Of a stretch of DNA of 64,000 nucleotides, positions 29,479 to 38,736 are shown in pieces. The translations under genes and the position numbers were made by a program. Position 1 is the stretch's first letter, and each line of letters begins with the position of its first letter. The notes beneath the pieces were generated by a model. The model did no database searches. It saw only the letters and a list, made by a program, of their open reading frames with translations, and was not told where the DNA came from. Source of the stretch: Bdellovibrio sp. (GTDB taxonomy: Bacteria > Bdellovibrionota > Bdellovibrionia > Bdellovibrionales > Bdellovibrionaceae); the NCBI GenBank assembly GCA_036677065.1, contig JAKFBS010000002.1, positions 448,001 to 512,000 on the forward strand. The letters are read 5' to 3'.

Positions 29479-30060
29479 TTAAAATCTTGGTCTTTCGCAA
29501 ACGCCTTTAGCTTGGCAGTCGATAATATCGGTGCGCATTTTCATTAACTCGGGCAATGTGTATGGCAATTCGTATTGGTAACCCGCAGCCTTAGAGTTTT
29601 TCTGACCGATGAATAAAAAGTTATTCGTCTTGTTGAACTGAGTTTTTGTCAATTTTCTGTTTTTATCTTGTAACCAACGAAATTGCAGAGCTTTAGGCGA
29701 ATGAACATGTTCCATAAAACGTTTACGTTGTTCTTTGGCTTTTTTCATTCCACTTTTTGGAGACGTGTAACATTTAACTTCAGCGATTAATGTGGCGATT
29801 TGAGTTTTATTGTCAAAAACCACTAAGTCTAATTCACCGATCGTGTTACCCGTTTTATCAGCATATTGAATGCCGACAACGACTAAATGATCTGGCATTG
29901 GGTATTTTTCAGAAAAACGAAGACGAGCTACTTCTTCACAGATTGTGCCGGTTGCATCGTAATTACGACCACCATTTTTTAGCGCTTCGAAGTCTTCAGT
30001 TAACCCAGCAAAACAAACTTGAGAAATAAATAAAAGACCTAAAATCGCTAAAAACCGCAT
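29479..30060 (-). CDS. Secreted protein with PD-(D/E)XK nuclease-like motif
   Basis: Signal peptide; G.ICEE, GELDLVV, IAEVK. Confidence 0.6.
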   Translation of the reverse strand: MRFLAILGLLFISQVCFAGLTEDFEALKNGGRNYDATGTICEEVARLRFSEKYPMPDHLVVVGIQYADKTGNTIGELDLVVFDNKTQIATLIAEVKCYTSPKSGMKKAKEQRKRFMEHVHSPKALQFRWLQDKNRKLTKTQFNKTNNFLFIGQKNSKAAGYQYELPYTLPELMKMRTDIIDCQAKGVCERPRF

Positions 30061-30187
30061 ATAGCCTCCGAAGTGAAGATCTTAGGTATCGCACTCTATC
30101 CGCACAGGCAAATAGTGTGTTTTTAGAGGTCAAAAAATACACGCCAAAAGCTTGAATCTACGCTCTATAAGGCTTTAGACTAAACCA

Positions 30188-30676
30188 ATGCATATTTTAA
30201 ACATCTACAAAGAGTCTCTAAAAGCTGCCGGTCGCACAAATTACAGAGGCGGAGTTCTTGAGTTAGCCGAAACTTTTGGAGCTAAAAAACTTGGCTTTCA
30301 TGTTGAGACTTTAGATCCAAAAAATTTCTCGTGCCCGTATCATTACCATGAACAAGAAGAAGAGCTTTTTTTAGTTTTAGAAGGCGAAGCCATTGTTCGC
30401 AAAAATAATGAATTTCGCAAAGTTGGCCCTGGCGATATTATTTTTTACGAAGTTGGCAAAAGCTCTGCGCACAATATGTATAACTTTACTGACAAACCTT
30501 TTAAATTTTTAGCAATTTCAAATAATAGCGACACAGATATTTGCCACTACCCTGATTCGAAAAAAAGAAATGAATCAGGCAAAGTTACGCAAAATGGGGT
30601 TGTTGTCGATTACTTTCATGACGAAGAAGATCCAGCAAAGTACTGGCCTGCGCATGCACTACGCGGTGAACTTTGA
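30188..30676 (+). CDS. Cupin domain protein
   Basis: YHYHEQEEE...LEGE...GD...AH, YPDS. Confidence 0.9.
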   Translation: MHILNIYKESLKAAGRTNYRGGVLELAETFGAKKLGFHVETLDPKNFSCPYHYHEQEEELFLVLEGEAIVRKNNEFRKVGPGDIIFYEVGKSSAHNMYNFTDKPFKFLAISNNSDTDICHYPDSKKRNESGKVTQNGVVVDYFHDEEDPAKYWPAHALRGEL

Positions 30677-30762
30677 GAAGTTTGTGCTAGTCAAACTCCA
30701 TTCCTTGCCTATAACACTAACTAGCCCACTGCTATACTAGAGCCATCCACATGGAGGGTTTT

Positions 30763-30957
30763 ATGAACGATGCTGTATTCACTGTTTTTACTGGCGGCAT
30801 TGCCGTGTTCTTTGCAGCAAGCCTTGTGTATGTTTGTTTTCTTATCTTTTTACCTGAATGGGTTGGCGTAACTGGTAAAGTCGCCCTTGATGCCGAGAAA
30901 AGTCATACCAAAGGATCAGCTGACGAAGAGGCTGGCTTCGGAAAAAACATTAATTAA
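30763..30957 (+). CDS. Small membrane protein
   Basis: GGAGG RBS, one TM segment. Confidence 0.6.
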   Translation: MNDAVFTVFTGGIAVFFAASLVYVCFLIFLPEWVGVTGKVALDAEKSHTKGSADEEAGFGKNIN

Positions 30958-31807
30958 CTAATTTTACCTTTGCGCGAAACTTTGCCGGCGATGATTTTGC
31001 GGCCTTAGTGAAAAATCGCGTAAAGTAATTCGCATCATCAAAACCTAAGGCATAGCCGACTTCGGCCACACTCAGCTCTGAATACGATAACAATCTTTTA
31101 GCTTCTAAAATAAAACGCTCTTGAATCACAGTTTTTGGCGATTTCTTTAACGCCCGACTGACCTGCATGGTTAAGGCTTTCGGAGTCATATGCATCTTCT
31201 TTGCGTAAAATCCCACAAGGTGTTCGGTCTGATAATTTTCATCAACTAACTTTTGAAAACGCTCAATCACACTTGAAGTATTATGTTGCGCAACACTTGT
31301 TGAAACGCGAACTAATTGCACTAATAAATTTTGCAGCAGACCTTCTAAGCACGCTTCGAACTGTGGTTTCTGCGTATTAAATTCTTTAAGCATCAATTCA
31401 CAGACGTCTAAAAAATCACTCCACTGGCTTTCTGATTTAAATTTGATGGCATCTTCGATGGCTGGCACTTGTTTTAATAAAAATAATGACTTAGCAGAAA
31501 TAGATGGCAATGATTCTCGGGTGAATTCGATCACGATACCTTCGGCCCCTTTAGCAAAAACCCACGCGTGCACTTGGCCTGGCTTCATAAAAAAGATCTG
31601 GCGATTGTTGATTTTATGCTTAGCAAAATCGATGTCGTGCCAACCTTTACCTTTGGTTACAAACGTTAACTGGTAGAAATCATGGCGATGCGGAAAATCA
31701 ACTTTTGGCTTTAATCTTTCTGAAAGTTTTTCGACTCGGATTTCGCCAGCAGTGGCTTTTATAATGCCTAACGCTTCGATGGGATGAAGAATATTAATTG
31801 ATTTCAT
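30950..31807 (-). CDS. AraC-family transcriptional regulator
   Basis: PHRHDFY cupin domain and LGFDDANYFTRFF HTH. Confidence 0.95.
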   Translation of the reverse strand: MKSINILHPIEALGIIKATAGEIRVEKLSERLKPKVDFPHRHDFYQLTFVTKGKGWHDIDFAKHKINNRQIFFMKPGQVHAWVFAKGAEGIVIEFTRESLPSISAKSLFLLKQVPAIEDAIKFKSESQWSDFLDVCELMLKEFNTQKPQFEACLEGLLQNLLVQLVRVSTSVAQHNTSSVIERFQKLVDENYQTEHLVGFYAKKMHMTPKALTMQVSRALKKSPKTVIQERFILEAKRLLSYSELSVAEVGYALGFDDANYFTRFFTKAAKSSPAKFRAKVKLVN

Positions 31808-31875
31808 GATTGCACAATCATGCCCGATGCGACCTTGATTGACCACACTTGTTACTACCCGTTATGATTTTATCT

Positions 31876-32160
31876 ATGAGTGATATTGCAGAGATCGAAA
31901 TTGGGATTTGTTCAAGTTGTATGGCTAAATGGGCTGATACAAAGACTCCTCCTGAATTTGATAAATTCGTCGATAAAGTTAAAGCTGAGCTTCAAGCAAA
32001 TCGCCCTGATCGTGTTTGGAATATCAAAATGCAATCCTGCTTTCGCTTATGCCCCGAAGAGCGAATTACGATATCTGTAGCTCAGAAAATGACGATGACT
32101 CGCACTGCTACTGTGGATAGCGTTGTGCAAGAGATTTTAAGTTTTCTAAAACCTCTATAA
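31876..32160 (+). CDS. Thioredoxin-like (2Fe-2S) ferredoxin-like small protein
   Basis: CSSC ... CFRLC. Confidence 0.5.
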   Translation: MSDIAEIEIGICSSCMAKWADTKTPPEFDKFVDKVKAELQANRPDRVWNIKMQSCFRLCPEERITISVAQKMTMTRTATVDSVVQEILSFLKPL

Positions 32161-32265
32161 ACTGCCAAAATTTCTATTTTTTGCTCAAAAAATCAACTGC
32201 TTGATAGTTGTTAAAAGCTAATTTCAAGTCTACATTATAGTCTGCTGCAAGCAGATGGATGACAG

Positions 32266-33267
32266 ATGGCAAAAAAGACTATTTTAAGCGGAAGTACAGT
32301 AACTGGTGATTTAACTCTTGGTAATTATATCGGAGCTATCAACACCTGGACGCAATTACAAGATGAATATGACTGTCTTTATTTTTTAGCCGATCTGCAT
32401 GCGCTAACAGTTCATCAAGACCCCGAAGTTTTGCGTAACCGCACGTACAGTTTTTTTGCGCAGTATGTGGCTTTAGGCCTAGACCCGAAAAAAAATATTA
32501 TCTTTGCTCAGTCACAGGTTTCGCAGCACACAGAACTTTCTTGGATTTTAACTTGCCTGACGCCGATGGGTAATTTAAATCGCATGACGCAGTTTAAAGA
32601 AAAAGCTGAAAAGCATACGAAAAATATTAACGCCGGGTTATTTACTTACCCCGTCTTAATGGCCGCAGATATTTTAATGTATCAAGCTGATTTTGTTCCG
32701 GTAGGCGATGATCAAAAACAACATTTAGAATTATGCCGTGATCTTGTGACCTTTTTTGAAAATCGTTATGGTAAAGGTATTTTCAAAATGCCTGAGCCAA
32801 TGATTGGAAAAACTGGCGCTCGTATTATGTCGCTGCAAGACCCAACTAAAAAAATGTCGAAGTCTGATGAAAATGATAAAAACTTTGTTTCTATCATTGA
32901 TGACGCTAAAAAAATTGAAAAGAAAATCAAATCTGCCGCGACTGATTCAGGCACTGAAATTAAATTTGACCCCGAAAATAAAGCCGGCGTTGCAAACTTA
33001 CTGACGATCTATTCTGTGTTAAGCGGAAAAACCATCGAACAATTAGAAAATGATTACGTCGGCAAAATGTATGGTCATTTAAAAGTAGACCTTGCAGATG
33101 TTGTGATTCAGAAACTAGCCCCAGTTCGCACTAAATATGATGAGCTGATGAAAAACCGTGATTATTTAGATCAGCTCTTAAAAGAAGGCGCAGAACGTGC
33201 TGCCGAGCGTGCCGAAGCTACAACTAAAAAAGTCTATGATGCTGTCGGCTTAATTAAGCGCCGATAA
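32266..33267 (+). CDS. trpS: Tryptophanyl-tRNA synthetase
   Basis: TLGNYIGA, YPVLMAADIL, VPVGDDQKQH, KMSKS. Confidence 0.97.
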   Translation: MAKKTILSGSTVTGDLTLGNYIGAINTWTQLQDEYDCLYFLADLHALTVHQDPEVLRNRTYSFFAQYVALGLDPKKNIIFAQSQVSQHTELSWILTCLTPMGNLNRMTQFKEKAEKHTKNINAGLFTYPVLMAADILMYQADFVPVGDDQKQHLELCRDLVTFFENRYGKGIFKMPEPMIGKTGARIMSLQDPTKKMSKSDENDKNFVSIIDDAKKIEKKIKSAATDSGTEIKFDPENKAGVANLLTIYSVLSGKTIEQLENDYVGKMYGHLKVDLADVVIQKLAPVRTKYDELMKNRDYLDQLLKEGAERAAERAEATTKKVYDAVGLIKRR

Positions 33268-33272
33268 TATTT

Positions 33273-34040
33273 ATGGCGACCGATCAAATACTTAAAATTC
33301 ACGGTGGCCAAATCTTTACCCGCACTTGGGAAGTTAAAAATACTCTTCCTGTAATTATGCTGCATGATTCTTTGGGTTGTGTGGATACGTGGCGCGATTT
33401 TCCTGAAAAATTATCGGCTAAGCTTAATCATACGGTTATTGCCTATGATCGCTTGGGCTTTGGCAAATCCAGCGCCAGAGACGAACTGCCAAGCCTGCAA
33501 TTCATTCAAGAAGAAGCTAAAGTCATCGAAGCCCTCTGCCAAGAGCTCAACATTACTGAATACATTTTATTTGGTTATAGCGTCGGTGGCGCAATGGCCT
33601 TGCTTGCGGCTATCGACAATAAATTTTGCAAGGCTGTGATCAGCGAATCGGCGCAAGCTTTTATTGAAGAACAAACTCGCCATGGAATTCTTGAAGCCAT
33701 TGAGTTTTACAAAGATCCAGAGCGCTTTGATAAACTTAAAAAATACCACGGCGATAAAACCGCATGGGTATTTCACGCTTGGACTGATATTTGGCTTTCA
33801 GAACCCTACGCCAACTGGAGCTTACTTTCGCACTTAACCAAAGTGCTTTGCCCGGTGTTAGTTATTCACGGAGATAAAGATGAGTACGGATCCCTTGCTT
33901 TTCCGGATAGTATTGCCACCACTGTTTCGGGACCGACAACAAAAGCTATAATAAAAAATTGTGGCCATATTCCACACCGCGAGCATCAAGATGAAGTTTT
34001 ATCTTTAATCGAAAAATTCGTGACTGATGTATGTCGGTAA
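33273..34040 (+). CDS. Alpha/beta hydrolase
   Basis: LHDSLG, GYSVGG, GDKDEYG, GHIPH. Confidence 0.92.
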   Translation: MATDQILKIHGGQIFTRTWEVKNTLPVIMLHDSLGCVDTWRDFPEKLSAKLNHTVIAYDRLGFGKSSARDELPSLQFIQEEAKVIEALCQELNITEYILFGYSVGGAMALLAAIDNKFCKAVISESAQAFIEEQTRHGILEAIEFYKDPERFDKLKKYHGDKTAWVFHAWTDIWLSEPYANWSLLSHLTKVLCPVLVIHGDKDEYGSLAFPDSIATTVSGPTTKAIIKNCGHIPHREHQDEVLSLIEKFVTDVCR

Positions 34041-35344
34041 AAGTTTCTCGTATTTTACATGCTGGCTATCAGATAGAAACACCGCAGGCGAAAATTTGGT
34101 TTGACCCGGTTTTTGAAAATCCGTTCAGCCGCAATTGTTATGCTTACCCTAATGTTGAATTTGATATTACGCAGATTAAGGCGCTAAAGCCGGATGCTGT
34201 ATTTATTTCGCATCATCATGACGATCATTGTTCATTCGACAGTTTAAAATTATTAAACCGTGATATTGCGATTTACATGTACTGCGTGCATGCAGAAATG
34301 TTTTCGCTTATTCGCGAATTAGGATTTAAAAACGTTTTTTCTATAAAATTAAATGAAACCATCAAACTGGCAGATTTGCAAGTTATCGCCCGTAGAGCTT
34401 TAGATGCGGATGTTGATTCTCTTTTTCAAATTAAAGCGCAAGGTTTAAATATCTTAAACGTTGTTGATTCATGGATAGATGAAGAAACTCTTGGCTTGCT
34501 TTTAAACGAGCCTGCTTGGGATTTAATGATGTGGCCATTCCAAACTATGCGCGAAGTAGAAGTCTTATCGCCTAGCCGCTATAAAGCTGAACCACCGTCA
34601 TTACCCGAAGAATGGCTTTTGCAACTAGCGAAACTTAAACCCAAAAAGTTAATTCCAAGTTCTTGTCAGTTTCGTATGGAAGACTGGTCTTGGTATAACC
34701 AAGCATTTTTTCCGATCAGCTATCAGCAATTTAATAACGAAATTAAATCGATTCTGCCAGAAACTGAAATTCGACGTCTTAACCCTGGAAAAACACTTTC
34801 ATTCAATCAAAATGAAGTTGCTGAAGATCAACCCCTTCCGTGGATTAAACCCATTGGCGATCAGAATGTTGATTATCATTACAATCTGTCAGTGGTTCCA
34901 CAAAGTACCAGCGAAATCGCTAAACATTTTCCAGCACTCAATGCTGTTCATAAAAATATCGTGCGTAATTATTGTGAAGAAAAACTTTTACAAAAATTCA
35001 TTTCTCTTGGGCCAGCAGAAGATTCGTACTTTATTAAAACTAGATTTTGGCAGCTTTCACTTTTTGACCACACAGGTCTTGTGAAAAATTATTATTACCA
35101 ATTAAAAGAAGAAAATATCACCTTCTTAACTAAAACTCCCGCTCTGATAAATTGGACCACTGAGGTTTCAGAAAATAAATTATATGCAGCTCTTGAGTTA
35201 GGTGAATCTTTAACTTCGATGTATGTGCGAATTAATTGCGACGATGAAGACGTTGATATCATCCAAGACCCACTTATTCGCTGTTTATTCAGCGAAGGTT
35301 TTGCTGAATACCAAAAAGCGCAGCTTAAACAAATTTTATCTTAG
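34031..35344 (+). CDS. MBL-fold metallo-hydrolase (UlaG-like)
   Basis: HAG, DP, ISHHHDDH. Confidence 0.75.
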   Translation: MSVKVSRILHAGYQIETPQAKIWFDPVFENPFSRNCYAYPNVEFDITQIKALKPDAVFISHHHDDHCSFDSLKLLNRDIAIYMYCVHAEMFSLIRELGFKNVFSIKLNETIKLADLQVIARRALDADVDSLFQIKAQGLNILNVVDSWIDEETLGLLLNEPAWDLMMWPFQTMREVEVLSPSRYKAEPPSLPEEWLLQLAKLKPKKLIPSSCQFRMEDWSWYNQAFFPISYQQFNNEIKSILPETEIRRLNPGKTLSFNQNEVAEDQPLPWIKPIGDQNVDYHYNLSVVPQSTSEIAKHFPALNAVHKNIVRNYCEEKLLQKFISLGPAEDSYFIKTRFWQLSLFDHTGLVKNYYYQLKEENITFLTKTPALINWTTEVSENKLYAALELGESLTSMYVRINCDDEDVDIIQDPLIRCLFSEGFAEYQKAQLKQILS

Positions 35345-35547
35345 TAGTGTGGTGGTTTTTCGTGCGGGCGGATTTCGTTATCGCCGCTTTGAACTGAGTG
35401 AGCCTGACTTTTAAATAGCGCAAAGGCTTTTTCGAGCTGATCGATTTGTTTTTGCTGCCCGATAACAACGGCATTCAAATCTTCAATGACTTGATCTTGA
35501 AAAGCAATTTTAGTCTCTAAATCTATCAGGCGAAATTCTAATTCCAT
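35341..35547 (-). CDS. slyX: SlyX family protein
   Basis: LETKIAFQD..IEDLN...QQ...EKPPHY. Confidence 0.92.
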   Translation of the reverse strand: MELEFRLIDLETKIAFQDQVIEDLNAVVIGQQKQIDQLEKAFALFKSQAHSVQSGDNEIRPHEKPPHY

Positions 35548-35618
35548 GGCCGAAATAAACCAATAATGCGGCAAAAGATCAATCATTAATCTTTTGCCGC
35601 ATCAAAATTACTGTATTT

Positions 35619-35948
35619 CTAATAACCTTGCGTATCGCTAGGCACTACCGTTCCAGACGCCGGCGGCGCCATCGCTCGACGACGGGCCTCTGACATATCG
35701 GTTTCTGTGGCTCTGCGTGAATCAGTGGCCGGATCCATTGGATTCACCGTTGTGATTTCATTGGGAGCTGTTTGTCCCGGAACTGCAGGTGTCGTATTCG
35801 TGGTCGTCTGAGTCGGACTGACCACGCCGGCCCCTGTATTAGTGCCGACACCATTTGCTTGCGGTTGTGACTGTGCTTCGGCAAAAACGCCGTAAGTTAT
35901 CGTTAAAAATAAAGTAAGAATTTTTATTTCACGTCTAAGTTGAATCAT
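35619..35948 (-). CDS. Secreted low-complexity hypothetical protein
   Basis: GGAGG RBS, signal peptide, T/P-rich. Confidence 0.65.
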   Translation of the reverse strand: MIQLRREIKILTLFLTITYGVFAEAQSQPQANGVGTNTGAGVVSPTQTTTNTTPAVPGQTAPNEITTVNPMDPATDSRRATETDMSEARRRAMAPPASGTVVPSDTQGY

Positions 35949-35956
35949 AATACCTC

Positions 35957-36502
35957 CTACTCAATCACTGATTTGATTTCTTTAGCGTGTGCTAGATGCA
36001 CTGTGATCGCATCACGAGTTTTTTCTAAATGAGCCTTATAAGCCGCATTTTGCGCCCCCGAAATTAGCGTATTCACTGTATCTAAAGCTTTTTCGTGCAT
36101 GCCCACCTGCTGATCCATGTACGCACGATCGAAATCTTCTTTAGCTGTTTTTTTCAAAGTTTTTTCCATATCTTCGGCTTCTGCTTCTAATGATTTACTC
36201 ATATCTGTTTTTTTGAAGTCTAAGTCTTGTTTACGGGCTAGTTTCTTTGTGTCTTTTTCATTTTTCTTGTGCTGATCGACCATCATTTTAGCGTAGTCTT
36301 TGACTTGCTTATTGCTGGCTTTACGTTTGGCTAATTGACCTAAATCAATTTCACCTTCGTTTAGGGTCACCATGACTTCTGCACCTTCTCCGTCAGAAAG
36401 CGTTGCTGGCATAGCCTTAACCATGTCTTCAGCTATAGCATATGGAATATTGCTTAAAGTGAACAACACGAGTGTTATCATTGATATTAAAAGTTTTCTC
36501 AT
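35957..36502 (-). CDS. DUF4142 domain protein
   Basis: EIDLGQLA...VKDYAKMMVDQH, FDRAYMDQQV..H, HLAHA. Confidence 0.9.
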   Translation of the reverse strand: MRKLLISMITLVLFTLSNIPYAIAEDMVKAMPATLSDGEGAEVMVTLNEGEIDLGQLAKRKASNKQVKDYAKMMVDQHKKNEKDTKKLARKQDLDFKKTDMSKSLEAEAEDMEKTLKKTAKEDFDRAYMDQQVGMHEKALDTVNTLISGAQNAAYKAHLEKTRDAITVHLAHAKEIKSVIE

Positions 36503-36567
36503 TTCTAAGTCTCCTTTTTAAAGTTGTTTATTTTGCTGCGTGATCCAACAGCGATTAACAATAATAT

Positions 36568-36583
36568 TGCAAGCGACCCGCCA
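36568..36583 (-). promoter_or_regulatory. sigma54-like promoter TGGCGG-N5-TTGCA
   Basis: GG-N10-GC upstream of the DUF4142 gene. Confidence 0.6.
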
Positions 36584-36660
36584 GAATTGGCGGGGTGATA
36601 TTCCTCGAAATTAAAAATTTAATTTGGTTTACGACACGTAACGGTGCTAATCTTTTGGCT

Positions 36661-37110
36661 ATGAATACATGGATTAGTTTTCTTCCGGCAATCTTAGGTG
36701 TGGTCGTTGTTTTACAAGCAGGCCTTAATAAAAAAATCTCAGCAAATTGGGGAATCACTTCAGCCGTTTTATTAAACGCTATCGTCTTCTTTGTGATTGC
36801 GGCTGTATTCTTTGCTGTCGCTTTATGGCGCGGTGATTTGTTCTCAGCCAACATGAAACCCAGTGTGGATCTAAAAACTTTTTCGCTCTGGTATTTAATT
36901 CCCGGCGCTCTAGGTTGTGTTTTAGTTTTTGGAGGCCCGATGGCAATTATGCGCTGGGGGGCTGTGCACACATTTATTTTAATTATTTCAGCACAGTTGT
37001 TGGCAAGTCTTATCTGGGATTGGAAAATCGAAGCCCTGCCGGTTTCACCGATGCGCATTGCCGGAATTTCTTTAGCTTGGATTGGCGCCGTGCTGGTATG
37101 CAAGGCCTAA
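36661..37110 (+). CDS. DMT/YdcZ-family membrane transporter
   Basis: LQAGLN, PGALG, AQL..S..WD pattern. Confidence 0.85.
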   Translation: MNTWISFLPAILGVVVVLQAGLNKKISANWGITSAVLLNAIVFFVIAAVFFAVALWRGDLFSANMKPSVDLKTFSLWYLIPGALGCVLVFGGPMAIMRWGAVHTFILIISAQLLASLIWDWKIEALPVSPMRIAGISLAWIGAVLVCKA

Positions 37111-38006
37111 TCAGCTACTATGCCACGTTACAATCATTGGTTGAAGTGGGTTTAGGAAGTTTTTTGCACGCGATGCATATTCCTTTCTCAGGACATGCAT
37201 TATCCTTAAACCAAGGATTAATCTTAACTCAAGCCTGTCAAAAAGCAGAATCGCGTAAAGATGCTATCACTGCAACAAACGGCATTTCAATTATCACAGC
37301 TATTCTAAAATCACTTTCTCCGATGGGAAAACGCCTGACTCCGATGCTTGCGATCAGCATGCAGGGTTTTTTGTTTTCAATCGGTGTATTTATTTTCGGA
37401 AATAATATTTTAGGCATGGTTTTAGGAATCAGTCTTTTATCACTGTGGAGTTTTGCACAACCGCTGCTATTTGCTTATTTGTTTTTTGGCGAAAAATTAT
37501 TTTTTGCAGTCGAAAAGCTGTGGCTAGACATCACTGAAAAATTATCTCTTTCACCTGAGTATGGAATAAATATTTTATTAGCCTTTGTAGGGTTGAAAAT
37601 TGTTCTAGCCTGGATTGTCGCACTTATTGGCTGGAAGTACCCAACTTGGATTACCGAAAAGTATTTTACCAAAATCATGAAATACAAAGACTTTACGACT
37701 GATAAAATTAAAAATAGAAAAACTCAAAGTGCGACAAGTGGCGCATTTAAGGATTTATTAAATCCCTGGATGATCATTTCATTAGTTTTAACAATTGGGT
37801 TTATGATTTTAACCGAGAAATCAGATTATTTTCAGATTTTCGTGTACAGCTTACGCGTAATCGCTGTGGCCTACTTAGTATTTTTTATTCTAAGAGCTTT
37901 TCCGCAGAGCTGGATTAAAAAAGCGCTTAAGTCGTTTCCCACTTTAGCAAAGACTGTGGATCAAGTTTACGATCGCGCTCCTGAATCAGCTGAGCCGAAA
38001 CGCTAA
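37098..38006 (+). CDS. Hypothetical multi-pass membrane protein
   Basis: EVGLGS.LH..HIPFSG, LKSLSP; many TM segments. Confidence 0.7.
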   Translation: MQGLISYYATLQSLVEVGLGSFLHAMHIPFSGHALSLNQGLILTQACQKAESRKDAITATNGISIITAILKSLSPMGKRLTPMLAISMQGFLFSIGVFIFGNNILGMVLGISLLSLWSFAQPLLFAYLFFGEKLFFAVEKLWLDITEKLSLSPEYGINILLAFVGLKIVLAWIVALIGWKYPTWITEKYFTKIMKYKDFTTDKIKNRKTQSATSGAFKDLLNPWMIISLVLTIGFMILTEKSDYFQIFVYSLRVIAVAYLVFFILRAFPQSWIKKALKSFPTLAKTVDQVYDRAPESAEPKR

Positions 38007-38736
38007 CTGCAATTTCATAAGGATGATTTTGTCCAATAGGAAAACCAATCGGACAATGAAAGTCTTTGAGCACCTCTGCACTAATACCGAATTCTTGCAA
38101 TTCTTTACGCAGTCTTAGCCCTTTTACTTTGCTGCCGATGTTTCCAATAAATGGAGCATCTGGAAAGCGTGTGTACAGTTGTTTTAAGATGGGTAAATCC
38201 ATGGCATGGCCTTGAGTCATGATTACAAAAAAAGAATTTTTATTTAGCGTTTCAACAATCGCTGATGGATCTTCAGCATGAATTTTTTTAAGATTAAAGC
38301 TTTCAGGAAGCTTGTCTAACCATTCGGTGCGATTATCAATACAAGTGACCTGACAATTTAAATTAATCAATAAACGAATCAAGGCTTGCGAAACATGTCC
38401 CGCACCGAAAACGACGATCGGCCAAGTGCTATAGCGGTGCACTTCAAATAGATATGTGATCTCGCCACCACAGCTCATGCCGATATCACGCTGTAAATTC
38501 CACGTGACTAATTCGGGCTCTGCTTTATTTTGGCTAATGATTTCTTTACTGTGTAAAATCGCACGCGCTTCAACCCGACCACCACCGACCGTCCCCCAGT
38601 GAAGGCCGTTCTCGGTGATAATGGCTTTTGCTCCAGCATCTTGCGGTGCTGAACCGCGCGAACCAATCACTGTTACGACAACAAAAGACTGTGCCCTATT
38701 TTGTAATTCGAAAGCGACATCCCAGTATGTTTTCAT
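37927..38736 (-). CDS. xdhC: Xanthine dehydrogenase accessory protein
   Basis: GSAP, GTVGGG, GMSCGG, FGAGHV, GSKVK, CPIG. Confidence 0.93.
   Translation of the reverse strand: MKTYWDVAFELQNRAQSFVVVTVIGSRGSAPQDAGAKAIITENGLHWGTVGGGRVEARAILHSKEIISQNKAEPELVTWNLQRDIGMSCGGEITYLFEVHRYSTWPIVVFGAGHVSQALIRLLINLNCQVTCIDNRTEWLDKLPESFNLKKIHAEDPSAIVETLNKNSFFVIMTQGHAMDLPILKQLYTRFPDAPFIGNIGSKVKGLRLRKELQEFGISAEVLKDFHCPIGFPIGQNHPYEIAVSVSAQLIQERDRKLDPQSLLKWETT

Noticed and set aside
36555..37103. 182-aa minus-strand ORF
   Set aside because: Antisense shadow of the DMT transporter gene.
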